Origin: Octopus bimaculoides
Taxonomy: Eukaryota
DNA length: 64,000 bases
Direction: 5' to 3'
Assembly (NCBI RefSeq): GCF_001194135.2
Contig: NC_068981.1
Span: forward strand, 105,320,761 to 105,384,760
How positions within the stretch are numbered: position 1 is the first letter of the stretch; the number at the start of each line of letters is the position of its first letter. A program made the translations under genes and the position numbers. Below are positions 21,728 through 34,340 of the stretch, piece by piece. Under the pieces are notes generated by a model. That model made no database searches. It was not told the DNA's origin and was given only the letters and a program-made list of their open reading frames with translations.

Positions 21728-24700
21728 ATGGGGAAGAAAAAGCAGAAGGATCAAGAAAAGGTAACGAAAAGTTATAAATTTACTAAATCTGACAATATTG
21801 ATAATTCTGATGATTCAACGCCAAAGATTATACTAAATACCAATATGGAAAAAAAATTGATTACGATGATACTTGATTGGAAAAAAAGTAAAATACTTGT
21901 AAAAGACGTCAGTGAAAGAATGACAACAAAAAGATTGACGGATGTATATACTTGTTTGGCGCGTGCCGGTTTCAAACACAACCAGATAGAGTCTGCTATG
22001 AGGAGCACACTGATATATGGCGGTGATCTTGTTGATTCTCTGGACTGGCTCTGTCTCAATATTGCAAATGACGATCTTCCTTCAGAATTTTCCGAAGCGT
22101 TAAAAAGAGAAGAAATAAAAAGGCGACCAGGATTTAAAGAAGAGCAGGTAGATAAATCGCAAATTTCTTCTGGTTATCAAGTAGTTGAAAAACCTGTCCA
22201 AAAAACAAGTGAGAATAAGGACAGCCGTTTGCCCGAGGGAGAAGGCGGAAAAAAAGACTGGGTGAAAAACTGGATTATGCAATATGCTGAAGAAGAATCT
22301 GACAGTGATTTAGAAGAAAACGCTGCACCGATAGATCCAAATATAAAATACAAAACTTTAAGTTCTTCTTTAGATTCTACAATAGTACTCGCTGAACAAG
22401 CGAAAAAATCTGGAAACAAAGAAAAGCATAGAGAATACTCAAAAAAGATCCGGCAAATGCGGCTAGATATGGACGAATTAGCTACCCATCCAGACTTTGA
22501 TCGTAAACTTGCTGGAATTTCTCTTTTAGCACCAACCAAACCTGAACCTAAACCTTCCAAAGTACAGCCTCCGAGTTTGACCGTATCAAATGCTAGTTCA
22601 GGTACTGGAACTAATAAAGCCTTGTCTAAGGATAGCTGCAACTCAGATGTATCAAAAAGCACACCAGTAACAGCAAGGCCAAAATCCTCCAAGAAAGCTA
22701 GTGATGAAGATCTTGCTCTTGATATGTTAGAGAATATGGCAATTGGTGATGCACCAAAACCTTTGCCTGAGAAAAAGAAAGGAGCATCACATATAGTTAG
22801 CCGTAGTTTTGAGTACACAAAACAACAATGGACTGGGAAATCACCTAAACAATTCCTTAATGACTGGACTCGGAAAAACCTCCCTAAAAGTGACTTAGCC
22901 CATTATGAAAGAGTCCATGTGAAAAACTTTTACAAATGCAAATCTTCCATTTCCAAGAAAGATGGTTCTCAACTTACTGTTATACCAGACATCCTTTGCC
23001 CCTCTGTAAAAGAAGCTGAACATGTTGGCTCTACTCTGTTACTCTATAATCTTTGCAGAGGACAACCAATCTATCAGTTACTTCCACCTCCTTATCGAGA
23101 TTTATGGCTAGAATGGATGGAAGCAGAAAGAATTAGTAAACTGAGAGCACAAGAAATTAATAACAAACCCAGAGATACCCTTGTTGCAAAACTGCTGAAA
23201 GAACTCAAGTTAGCCCCAACACTCTCCAAATCTAAAGCTGAAAAACCTTCAGATGAGCATAACAGTGATGACAGTGTATGTGATGACTGGTTCTTAGCAG
23301 ATGTGGAAGATCCTGAAGAAATTGTAGAAAAACCCAAGGAGAAAAAAATTGTTTCGAAGCCTAGGGTTAATGAAATTAAAGACAAATTTTTGAAAAAGAT
23401 AAACAGTAAGAAATATAATGAATATTTAAATCAACGGCAATCACTACCTGTATTTGCATATAAAGAAGACATACTTGCTCAAATTGATCGCAGTAAAGTT
23501 GTTGTGATTGCTGGAGAAACTGGTAGTGGAAAAAGCACACAAATTCCCCATTTCCTACTTAAAGATAGAATTTTGTGCGGAGAAACGTGTAATATCATTT
23601 GTACTCAACCACGTCGAATCTCTGCTGTGAGTCTTGCAAACAGGGTTTCTCAAGAGCTAGGAGATGACCTGCCTGGTTCACCAGACTCCTTTTGTGGTTA
23701 TAAAATTCGATTTGAGTCTAAATGCTGTCCTACAACTTGTTTAACTTATTGTACTACAGGTGTTGTGCTGCGTCAGTTACATTCTGATCCTAGTTTTAAA
23801 AATGTCACCCACATCTTAGTTGATGAAGTACATGAAAGAACAGTTCAATCAGACTTTCTTTTGATTATTCTGAAAAGACTTCTTGAGTCACGTGATGACA
23901 TTAAAGTTATATTAATGAGTGCAACTATTGACTGTAACCGCCTCTCTGATTACTTCAACCATTGTCCTATCATTAAAATTCCAGGCCGAACATTCCCTGT
24001 TGATATTTTCTATTTAGAAGACATCATAGAAATGAACAATTATGTCTTGGAAGAAGATTCTCCTTATTGCATCCCAGCAGCAATGCTCCGTGATGAGCAG
24101 AAAACAAGTGTTGAAATCACTGGCACTGGAGGAACTAAGCAGAAAACAGATCTGTATTGGTCAAAGGAAGATATCATTGATACAAGTGGACTTGACAGAG
24201 ACAAATATAGCAAACATACCCGACTAACTGTTACGAGAATGAAACCTTACAAAATTAATTTGGATCTAATTCTTCATTTACTTAATTACATAGACGAACA
24301 TGGGGAAATTACTGATGGTGCCATTCTGATATTTCTTCCAGGATTAGCGAATATACAAGAGCTCTATGAATTGCTCCAAAGTGATCGCAAATTTGCTAAT
24401 CCCCGACGATTTAAAGTGCTTGCTCTACATTCTGTTTTGTCATCTGAAGACCAAAGCTCTGCATTTCTGTCTCCACCTAAGGGAATTCGAAAAATTGTGC
24501 TGTCTACAAACATTGCTGAAACTGGCGTTACTATTCCAGATGTAGTGTATGTAATTGATGCTGGTAAAGTAAAAGAGAATCGATACGTTGAATCAAGTCG
24601 AATGAATGCTCTAGAAGAAGTTTTTGTTAGTAAAGCTAGTGCTAAACAACGGTCCGGTCGTGCTGGGCGAGTACGCAATGGCATTTGCTATCGACTTTAT

Positions 24701-25822
24701 ACCAAAGATAATTATATGAAACTTCGTGAGTTTACTGTTCCTGAGCTTCTTCGAGTTGCTCTTGAAGAACTCTGTTTACATATCATGAAATGTAACCTAA
24801 GCAAACCAGAAGAATTTCTCCAGCTTGCACTCGATCCACCTCAGCTACAATCTGTCTCTAGAGCAATGATGATTCTTGAAGAGGTTGGGGCTTGTGAAGG
24901 AGAAGTGTTAACACCACTTGGACATCATTTAGCAGCACTTCCTGTACACGTTTCCATTGGTAAAATGCTTATTTTTGGAGCAATGTTTGGTTGTCTTGAA
25001 CCTGCAGCAGTCATTGCTGCTGCAGTAAGTGGAAAATCTCCATTTGTAGTTCCACTTGAAAAAAGGTCGGAGGCTAACATGGCTAAGCAGAATTTATCAA
25101 CAGCTTGCTCTGATCATCTCACTATTTATAATGCTTATTCTCGATGGAAAACTGCCCGCAAAGCTGGGTTTCAAGCAGAAAATGCATTCTGCATGCAGAA
25201 CTATCTTAAAAGAAAATCTCTTATTGAAATTGAAAATGTAAAGACAGATCTTATAAAGCTTATCAAATCTATTGGATTCTTAAGTCAACAAGATGAGAAA
25301 CTACTGACAAATCCAAATTCTGTTGATGGAGTTCATTTAAATCCAAAATCATGTGCTGTTATTAAAGCAGTCATTCTTGCTGGATTATATCCAAATGTGG
25401 CAAAAGTTTGTTCAGAGAAAGATCCAGATGGTACGAGTCGGATATGTGGTGCTGAGACACCTCAAGGCCATGCATTTATCCATCCTAGCTCAGTCAATCG
25501 AACATTACAGGCACAAGGCTATATGCTATACCAAGAGAAAACCAAGCAGTCACAGGTATATCTTCGAGACTGCACATTGGTCTCTCCATTCCCCTTATTG
25601 CTTTTTGGTCACAATGTAGTTGTACAACATATTCAGCAAACTGTAAGCGTTGACAAATGGATTGTATTTAAGTCACGAGCTCGGACTGCTGTCATCTTCA
25701 AAGAACTTCGAAACCTATTGAATGAACTTTTAAAGCAAAAATTAGATGACCCCAAAGCTGATTTCTATCAAGATAAATCAATATTGTCAGTTATTGATTT
25801 ATTACAAGCAGATATTTGCTAA
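21728..25822 (+). CDS. DHX29: ATP-dependent RNA helicase DHX29, single coding exon, 1364 aa
   Basis: Uninterrupted ORF from ATG 21728. DHX29-specific UBA-like segment (TLIYGGDLVDSLDWLCLN) and dsRBD segment (WTGKSPKQFLNDWTRKNLPKS...LLPPPYRDLWLEW). Helicase motifs GETGSGKST, DEVH, SAT and QRSGRAGRV, plus HA2/OB regions. Confidence 0.96.
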   Translation: MGKKKQKDQEKVTKSYKFTKSDNIDNSDDSTPKIILNTNMEKKLITMILDWKKSKILVKDVSERMTTKRLTDVYTCLARAGFKHNQIESAMRSTLIYGGDLVDSLDWLCLNIANDDLPSEFSEALKREEIKRRPGFKEEQVDKSQISSGYQVVEKPVQKTSENKDSRLPEGEGGKKDWVKNWIMQYAEEESDSDLEENAAPIDPNIKYKTLSSSLDSTIVLAEQAKKSGNKEKHREYSKKIRQMRLDMDELATHPDFDRKLAGISLLAPTKPEPKPSKVQPPSLTVSNASSGTGTNKALSKDSCNSDVSKSTPVTARPKSSKKASDEDLALDMLENMAIGDAPKPLPEKKKGASHIVSRSFEYTKQQWTGKSPKQFLNDWTRKNLPKSDLAHYERVHVKNFYKCKSSISKKDGSQLTVIPDILCPSVKEAEHVGSTLLLYNLCRGQPIYQLLPPPYRDLWLEWMEAERISKLRAQEINNKPRDTLVAKLLKELKLAPTLSKSKAEKPSDEHNSDDSVCDDWFLADVEDPEEIVEKPKEKKIVSKPRVNEIKDKFLKKINSKKYNEYLNQRQSLPVFAYKEDILAQIDRSKVVVIAGETGSGKSTQIPHFLLKDRILCGETCNIICTQPRRISAVSLANRVSQELGDDLPGSPDSFCGYKIRFESKCCPTTCLTYCTTGVVLRQLHSDPSFKNVTHILVDEVHERTVQSDFLLIILKRLLESRDDIKVILMSATIDCNRLSDYFNHCPIIKIPGRTFPVDIFYLEDIIEMNNYVLEEDSPYCIPAAMLRDEQKTSVEITGTGGTKQKTDLYWSKEDIIDTSGLDRDKYSKHTRLTVTRMKPYKINLDLILHLLNYIDEHGEITDGAILIFLPGLANIQELYELLQSDRKFANPRRFKVLALHSVLSSEDQSSAFLSPPKGIRKIVLSTNIAETGVTIPDVVYVIDAGKVKENRYVESSRMNALEEVFVSKASAKQRSGRAGRVRNGICYRLYTKDNYMKLREFTVPELLRVALEELCLHIMKCNLSKPEEFLQLALDPPQLQSVSRAMMILEEVGACEGEVLTPLGHHLAALPVHVSIGKMLIFGAMFGCLEPAAVIAAAVSGKSPFVVPLEKRSEANMAKQNLSTACSDHLTIYNAYSRWKTARKAGFQAENAFCMQNYLKRKSLIEIENVKTDLIKLIKSIGFLSQQDEKLLTNPNSVDGVHLNPKSCAVIKAVILAGLYPNVAKVCSEKDPDGTSRICGAETPQGHAFIHPSSVNRTLQAQGYMLYQEKTKQSQVYLRDCTLVSPFPLLLFGHNVVVQHIQQTVSVDKWIVFKSRARTAVIFKELRNLLNELLKQKLDDPKADFYQDKSILSVIDLLQADIC

Positions 25823-28800
25823 ACAATAGTTCCCAGTTGCATACTTTGAATATTTAGGAATATTTATTTATAAGTATGTTTTTTTTTTCTCATAAAATAT
25901 AAAAGGAAATTTTAAATGAGATCTTAAACTGCTTTGTTAAAATAGATTCTTTTGTTATCTCTTCTGATTCGTTACTTAATCATAGAATACAAAAGTAATT
26001 TGCTAAAAGAATAAGGTAACCATCTTACAAATTGGAAAATGAACTTATAGTGAACCACATTTGAAAATTGAGTTGTTTCTTGATATCTTTTCTTTTTTTT
26101 TTATTTTTAATTCTAATTGCTGTTCTGAAGTGATTCCATGGGAGATTATGAAAAATTAATGAAATGTATTCAGGTATTATTAATATTCAGAAGTGAAACT
26201 AACTTCATTACTTCTTTGGTGTCTGATAAATTAAGGAGCTACAACTTATTAAGGGTCTTGTGCTAAGATTAGAAAAAAAGAACCCAATGTTCTCTAGTCA
26301 AAATATTTTAGTGAGAGACAGGGTCAGGAAATATATTAGATAGATTTACAGAGATGAGAGTACATTGTTTCCTTCAGTCAGCAAATACAAAACTTTTCCT
26401 AAGTGAAGTATGATTAATCTATTTAAATAGAATGGACCAGCCTATATACGAAAACCAGTACTTTAGAATATATTTGTAGGTGTCTGTGTCTTGTATGTAA
26501 TTGATAATCTATTATAAAAGTATTGAAGAGAAAACTTAAAAGAACAAACGAATCCTGCCTAATTTCAGCATTGTAAGGATTAAGACATGGTTGTGAGGAA
26601 AACTTATCAGATATTTAGCGAAAGTATTATTAAATTTTTAAAAACTATTGACTTGTAAATGGACTATTGTACATTACAAATGAATAAGGAATTTTAAGGC
26701 CAATACCATTACATTCTGCTTCACAGCAAGACAAAAGCAGCATCAATGGCAGAGATATTCTAGATTCAATCACTTTTTTTATCATTTATATTGGAGCTTT
26801 TTTTAATTGTTAGAAATTCTCCTTATGTCTCTTTTCTCTTTCATCTTAAGTTACCAACTCAGACAATTTAGAAATATTCACTGTTACTTGATAACTATTT
26901 CTGGTATGACTTCAATGAAAAACTATTGAATAATACTTTCTTGTCTCTCTCATCACTTGTATAAATTCATTAAAGTCTTGTATACAATTCAACTACTAAC
27001 TGTAGCTGATGTGTGTGGTGTTGAAATTATATAAAAGTTAATTCTCATTAAGATATTTATTAAAATATATCGCAAATAACTTCATTGACTGTTCTGTTAT
27101 TTCAAACTCCTTATTAAATTCCATTTTCTACTATTTTGTTTTGGGTAGGGCAGTGAGCTGGCAAAATCATTAGCATGTCAGGCAAAATGGTTAGTGGCAT
27201 TTCATGTCTTTACGCTCTATGTTCAAATTCTGTCAAAATCGATTTTGCCTGCCATCCTTTTGGGGTCAATAAAATAAGTACTAGTTTAGTAGTGAGTTGA
27301 TGTAATCAACTTACCCCCCTTCCCTAAAATTGCTGGGCTTGTGCCAATATTTCCTTTGGGTTTTAGGGTGGTTGATTGATAGAATCATTAGTGATGAGTA
27401 AAATACTTGGCAGATTTTCTTCCAGCTCTTTACAATCTTGGCTTAAACCCTGCCTGGGGCAACTTTGCTTTTCATCCCTCCAGGGTCAAGAAAATAAACT
27501 ACCAGTCCAAGTGTTGGGTTTGATGTCATCAACAAATTCCTTCCCCATAAATTGTTACCCCCTTGCCTAAATTAGAAACAAATATTTTCTGTGGGTTTTA
27601 TTTTTAATGCTTTGAGTCAGGAAACATTTTACTGATAATCAAAACTATTGTATTGTTATGGTGTTTTTAACTCACATGGAAGGGTTGCATTATACACCAG
27701 TATCCCTACCATTATGAATATTAAGAAATGCTGCAATGTTATGCAGTCAAATAATTGTGCATCTAGAATAGTCTCCACCTCTGCAATAATAATCTCCAGA
27801 CAATAGAATTATGTTGAGATTTCCTCTTCTGGCAAGTACTTACTTGATAATTGACCTCCTGTAATTTTCCTTCCTACTGCAAAGTGGACCAGCACTATCT
27901 GTGTTATATTTCATATAACATCTAACTTTATATACTATTCAGTGGATGTGAGACAAATATACACTACATTAGAATTGAGATCCTAAAACCTAGGTACCAT
28001 GGAAAAGTATTGGTATGGGTGCTGATGTCATGTAAAAAGCACCTAGTACACAATAAAATGGTTTGCATTAAGAAGGGCATCCAGACTTAGAAACCAATCC
28101 AAAACAGACTATGGAACCTGATGTGGCCTGTGAGTTTACCAGTTCCTGTCAAGCCAGCATAGAAAACGGATGTTAAATGTTGATGATAATGAATAGGATA
28201 CTAACTTATCACAGGTACTGTTTTGGATATGCTTGGAACCCAGTTTCCAGTTAGATAAACTGAGGGAAATATAATTTTCTTGTCTAGAAATGTAACAAAT
28301 CTTCAGTAAATTGTAACATCCAGCAGAAATTAATTTAATACTATACATATTAAGACAGAATAAGAGCAATAATCTTATTGCTCTTTGTGTATCTAACATT
28401 GTTGTTTATAATGTGTTATAGGATTTGTTAAAATTTTAACTATTAATTTATAATTAACTTGCTGCAGAATTCTTGAACTTATAAATGTAACTTTTAATAA
28501 TTTTAATATTACAAGCATTAAACTTCTGGCTCTTCATGGTCCTGGTTCAAATCACACCAAGGTCATCTTTACCTTTCATCCGTTTGGTGTTGATAAAATA
28601 GGTACCAGTTGAACACTGAGGTCAGTGAAACTGGCTAGTACCCTCCCTCAAAATTTCAGACTTTGTGCTTATAGTAAAAACAGTATTACAAGCATTAATT
28701 AGTGAGGAGGAGAAAATCTATTCCATGTTTACTTAACAATAATAATTAATATTCAACTGTTGAATCACAGTAAATAAAAATCATAAACTATATAATTTTA

Positions 28801-29046
28801 ATTATTATTGCTTACAATGTAACTAAACAGGGTATAAGGTTTCTCTTTTTCACTACAAAACTGGCTGGACAAATCAAAATTGATGCTTATAGAAAGAAGT
28901 CACAGACATCCTTAATAGTGAATTCAATAAACTGTGATGGCAGCTGCTCCATATATTGTCTTGTGAAGGCAATGGCCAGGGAAATGTAATGAACAAAGCA
29001 CGTCACACTTGCCTTTATAAGTACACAAACACACTGGATTGTGGTT

Positions 29047-29118
29047 GCAACCTAGAACTACGAGAAAAGGGCTTGAATGAAGGCAACCTAGAACTATGAG
29101 AAAAGGGCTTGAATGAAG
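29047..29118. repeat. 36-bp tandem duplication
   Basis: gcaacctagaacta(c/t)gagaaaagggcttgaatgaag x2. Confidence 0.9.
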
Positions 29119-29676
29119 AAAATTATTTCATCATCATCGTTGTTTGACGTCCAGCTTCAATGCTATCATGATCCTTTTCTTTAGTTCACCTTTTTTCCGC
29201 CTCCTCCTCCTCTCTTTTAATTCAAGTCTCAGTCTTCATAAACTTTGCAGTTAAAAATCTTTCAAAACCTCATATCACGAATTGAAACACACCACAAACA
29301 AAACTAAATTTTTTTATTTCCATAATTATTACCAACAAGTAACAACAAATGTTTCAGTTATAAGTTTTACCTTTCAAGTTAAGCCGTAGAGAGCTCCTTT
29401 TCCTTGGAAAAGCATTGTCTCCCATTACAGCTGTGAGCAACACTTCATGTCTTAAGTACCTTTACTTAAGATACATTACACAGCTAATAACAAGATGTAC
29501 ACCACTGAGCCTTCAGTCAACACCAATTATCTAATTTCATTTCAATAGCAATAAAATAAGAAGATTAAAATTAATATTTCATAAATTTATCACATATAAC
29601 CACACTAATTTTTTCTTTTAGACTAATTTATTTTTTTCTTTTAATGAAAATAATAATGTAACTTTTCTTCATTCTT

Positions 29677-29842
29677 TTATGGTGAAAGTCTTTCAATAAT
29701 CCAATCGCCTTCACCTTCATGGCTAAGTTCTGGGTCTAGTACTTCATTAGGCAACTTTTGCCGAAATCGTAATCTATCGTGTAGTCTGTTAGTCTGCCCC
29801 TGCCAGAACTCAATTACATCTGGTTTCACAAAGTAGCCGCCC
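29677..29842 (-). CDS. PNPO: Pyridoxine/pyridoxamine 5'-phosphate oxidase, last exon ([26 protein letters not shown]...DWIIERLSP*)
   Basis: PNPO signature [13 protein letters not shown] and C-terminal ERLxP; acceptor and phase consistent. Confidence 0.97.
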
Positions 29843-31027
29843 CTGTAATAACAAAAAAAAATAATAATAATAATAGATTAAGTGTACCAATGACTACAAG
29901 GGAAATAATTAAGATGCTTTTTTTTTTTTTTTTTTTTACTATCACATCACATGGATAATGATTTCTCACATTTGCAAAACACCACAATTTGTAAGGACTC
30001 AGTGGATGTTGTTGATTTAATCAAGTCCAGTATGTAACTAATAATTATTTTATTGATTCTGAGAGGGATAAAATGTAAACTTTACACTAAAGGTTTTTAA
30101 CTCGAAATGTAATCAAACACTGCAAAATATTTGGTATAGCCCTCTACAATCTACCATTATATCATCTTAGCTTTGGATAATAAAAATGTTTTATATTAGT
30201 TCACGTTTATTTTATTGACACAATGTGGATGAAAATGCAAAGTCAATCCCAATAGCTTTTGAACTCAAAATGTGGAAGGCTGTCATTTAATACTGTAAAG
30301 CATCTTGTTCAACACTATCATTTTTATCATAGCAATGTGCTTTTATATCTTAAGTAATATTACTGTTTATATCCATCTCTTACATGCCTAATTAATTTAA
30401 TGAGGAATAAACCATTTTACACAAACCATTATATGCAACTCATTACTAGGATCCACTGGGCCAAGACAGTTCAGAAGAATTTGCTCTTAGGCTCAAAGCT
30501 GGGATGTTTTTTTTCTTAACTAATAAGAGCACTCAGCAATGTAATCCAATGCTTTATCATGTCTGTAGTCAAGGCATTTAATTCTGATAAGCCCATGTAA
30601 CCCTAAGTACAACAGTAACATAATTTGGTGTAGTAATGCAAAATTGATGAGCAGTTCCTAGACTTTGCTTGCTGTCCATCCTTACACTGTGTTTTTGGAA
30701 ATGCTTCTGGAGCATTTTTATATTACAAAATATTTGGCAGAACTGCATTGCCCTCTTGTAATTTTTGCCTAGTTAGTTACATTATGTGAAGAAACTAATG
30801 TGAAATAGCTTCTTTACTGGTTCATATGAAATTTTATTGCTGTAATAGGATACAGAAAAATATTATAACTATATTCACTGAAAATTACTTTAGCTTACAT
30901 AGTTCAACCCTTGTCAGCATGGAAGATGGACATTAAATGATGATGATGGTGGTGGTGGTGGTGGTGGCAGCAGAGGAGGAGGAAAAGAAGAAGATCAACT
31001 GTAACAAAACTATAATTAAAATCATAC

Positions 31028-31101
31028 CAGTATTTTGGTTTGGGAATCAATTCTGCATTTTCATATTTCTTTTGAATCTCAGCATACTTGTTCATCAAGT
31101 G
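31028..31101 (-). CDS. PNPO: PNPO exon (HLMNKYAEIQKKYENAELIPKPKYW)
   Basis: Matches the PNPO ...PKPxxW segment; GT-AG; 74 nt, phase 0/2. Confidence 0.93.
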
Positions 31102-31940
31102 CTAAAAAATTGAACAACATAAGATATTTTATAGCAATAAGAAAATGCAAACATTTTTTATGTAAATGCAAATAATCACTGTACAAAAACCCAATTACAA
31201 AGATCTTCAATTTGGAAATATCAGCAAAGGATAAGAAATTTAATTTGGATGGTACATTTTTTTCATCCAATAATTTGCTACAGACATCTATTTCATGACG
31301 AGTTGATTGCTAAGAGTACAGAGAATGTGTAATGTTTATATCATTGACCTTAGATGGATGAAAGGCTAAGTCAACCATGGCAGTATGAGAACTTGTAATA
31401 TAAAAAGGAAGAAAACAAAACACTGTCAGACATTTAGATTTTGTACACTACTGTTCCTGATGGTATAATCACGGGAGTGGTAATAGTAACAGCTGCAATT
31501 AGTTTTATAACCAGATTGAGTCAATAGTTACCCATTCAATGAAAGAGTTGTGGTTTCTCACGACCTTATATCAAACCACAGGAGAAATAAGTACAAATGA
31601 AACAACTCAAATTTATAGTGATGTTGCTTCCTAGAGTTTAGATCTAATCTACCTTCTAAACTTACTTAGAGCTAGTTGGTGTGCCTTGGTTACAGACAAA
31701 GTACTATGGAGGCAATGGTGTACAAACTACTAACCTCTTAACTGGTTACCAAATACCCTGTCAGCTTGGCTGTTCATGTTCACAGAGTAAAAAGATATAA
31801 AAATTAACATGGCCAAAACTAAAGGATTAATTAGTAGCAGAGACCACAAAAGTTTAGTACTAACAAAAAAGTGACCTAGCAAGGAAATCAAGAAATTAGT
31901 TTGCATGTGCTTAATACTGTCTAGTTATTGTGAGCAACTT

Positions 31941-32290
31941 GTGGGGGCGCAATGGCCCAGTGGTTAGGGCAGCGGACTCGCGGTCATAGGATCGCGGTTT
32001 TGATTCCCAGACCGGGCGTTGTGAGTGTTTATTGAGTGAAAACACCTAAAGTTCCATGAGGCTCCCGCAGGGGATGGTGGTGAACCCTGCTATACTCTTC
32101 CACCACAACTTTCTCTCACTCTTACTTCCTGTTGTGCCTGTAATTCAAAGGGTCAGCCTTGTCCCACTATGTTAAGGGTACACATGTTTGTGGAGTGCTC
32201 AGCCACTTGCACGTTAATTTCATGAGCAGGCTATTCCATTGATCAGATCAACTGGAACCCTCGACGGAGTGCCAACAACAACAATTGTGA
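31941..32290 (+). mobile_element. tRNA-Arg-like-headed SINE
   Basis: Head ggcgcaatggcccagtggttagggcagcggactcgcgg...tgattcc; tail shared with 8462-8765; (caa)n end. Confidence 0.8.
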
Positions 32291-32598
32291 GCAACAAATA
32301 TATAAAAACTACTATAGGATGTCTGGCAAATAGGAAACTAACAGAGATTCAAAACTAAATGCATCAGAGGAACTGGAATAACTAGCAATGTAACTGAAAA
32401 ACTTCATGTGTAATAGGGACTTCTTTCACTAAAATCAACATTAAAATTAAGAATACATAAAATACATGGTATTAAACTTCAAACTTTCCCCACCCATTTT
32501 TAAAAAAATCCCAATAAAGGATGTTTTTAATTATTAATCATTTTTAATACATGGTATTAAACTTCAAATTTTCCCCACCCATTTAAAAAAAAATCCTA

Positions 32599-32970
32599 GT
32601 AGCTGTGTGGTAAGAAGTTTGCTTTCCAACTACATGGTTCCAGGTACAGTTCCACTGCATAGCACCTTGGGCAAGTGTCTTTTATAGCCCTGGGCTGACC
32701 AAAGCCTTGTGAGTGGATTTGGTAGATGGAAACTGAAAGAAGCCCATCATGTATGTATATATTTATGTGTGTGTGTCTTTGTGTCTGTGTTTGTCTCCCA
32801 CCATTGCTTGACAACTAGTATTGGTGTGTTTACATCCCTTTAACTTAGTCATTCAAGAAAGGGGACAACAGAATAAGTCCTAGATTTAAAAAAAATAAGT
32901 CCTAGGGTCAATTTGTTTGACTAAAAACCTTTCAAGGCAATGCCCCAGCATGGCTGTAGTCAAAGGCAAA
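32599..32970 (+). mobile_element. tRNA-derived SINE with CORE-like segment (gcaccttgggcaagtgtctt)
   Basis: Same family as 40717-41104; other copies at ~505-650(-), 19255-19400, 33965-34118, 37635-38020(-) and 50815-50965. Confidence 0.8.
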
Positions 32971-33137
32971 AGGTAGACATAAATTTATTTTATATAAAAT
33001 GAGGCATACAAAAACGAATATATATATTTAAATGGATTATCTACAATTGCAGCAGTTGAATAATACTGTGTTATAAATGGTATTGTGGGCTCAAAAATTG
33101 TACATAGTAGCAATACATTTATTATAAGTAACTTTAA

Positions 33138-33340
33138 CCCTTTTGATGCCAACCCACCTGAAATCTATGATACAAATTCCATTTTAAAGTAATCTCAATT
33201 AAAACCTTCAATCAAACTTTCATGTTAATTTATACTCCAGACTGAATAATGACAAAGTTATATTTCTAAATTCTTCATTATTTTCAAAATCAATTGAAAT
33301 AAAGGCAGTGCATTTCAATGTATTTATGGTAACAAAAGTG
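33138..33340. mobile_element. piggyBac-type MITE, family A
   Basis: TTAA-flanked; reverse-complement similar to 8193-8391. Confidence 0.7.
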
Positions 33341-34116
33341 TTAAAGTAAAAACTACCAATCACCCAGATAGACAAATACACGTAATAGATGACATCTTAA
33401 TATCTATTCAATCAACCATCAATTTACATTCATCTAATCACCTCTCTCTGCATACATGTACCAATATTCTTGAGAGTCATTTATTTTCTCAACTCAATTT
33501 TGTTCAGCTTCCAACTTTTCTTGTAAATTATTATTGCATATCCAACAGGTCATGCTGAATTTATTCCTCTCTAATTGCTATGAATATGCATACATAACAT
33601 GGGAACTACTCAAGTTATGTAACAACCACATCACATCACACTTTTCCATACCATGCTCTTTCTGTGAAGAGAGGAACTCATTGTTTACTTTCACAGTTTT
33701 CCTCATTAATCCTAGTTTATATGCTATTCTTTGCTCCTGCTGTAAATATTATGCACTATCTTTATTCTAATCACAAACTGTAATTGTAGCTGCAAAATAT
33801 ATCTGCTGATTAGATCTTTTATTCTAATTGCAGTTACACCAAACAAAATTTTACTGCAATTTTCGTGCAATCTGAACTGACCTATTTTGTCATATGACTA
33901 TACAAATCTGATATCATTTTAATGAACACTCTTTTGAAAGAATAAATATACTAGTATAATGGGCACAGGCATAGCTGTGTGGTAAGAAGATGCTTTCCAA
34001 CCACATGGCTTTGGGTTCAATTTCACTGCAAGACATCTTGGGTGTCTTCTACTATAGCTTTAGACCAACCAAAGCCTTGTGAGTGGATTTGGTAGACAGA
34101 AACTGAATGAAGCTTG

Positions 34117-34171
<55 letters not shown>

Positions 34172-34340
34172 GTTAGGAAGGGCATCCAGCTGTAGAAACT
34201 CTGCCAAATTAGATTGGAGCCTGGTGTAGCCATCCGGATGCACCAGTCCTCAGTCAAATCGTCCAACCCATGCTAGCATGGAAAGCGGACGTTAAACGAT
34301 GATGATGATGATGATGATATATACACACACACACAACATA

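Noticed and set aside
22177-22818. 213-aa antisense ORF inside DHX29 (also 21772, 23092, 24364)
   Set aside because: Shadow ORFs of the coding strand with no independent features.
21728-29677. DHX29 as a nested gene within PNPO
   Set aside because: The PNPO stop is at 29677, so the genes are convergent and not nested.
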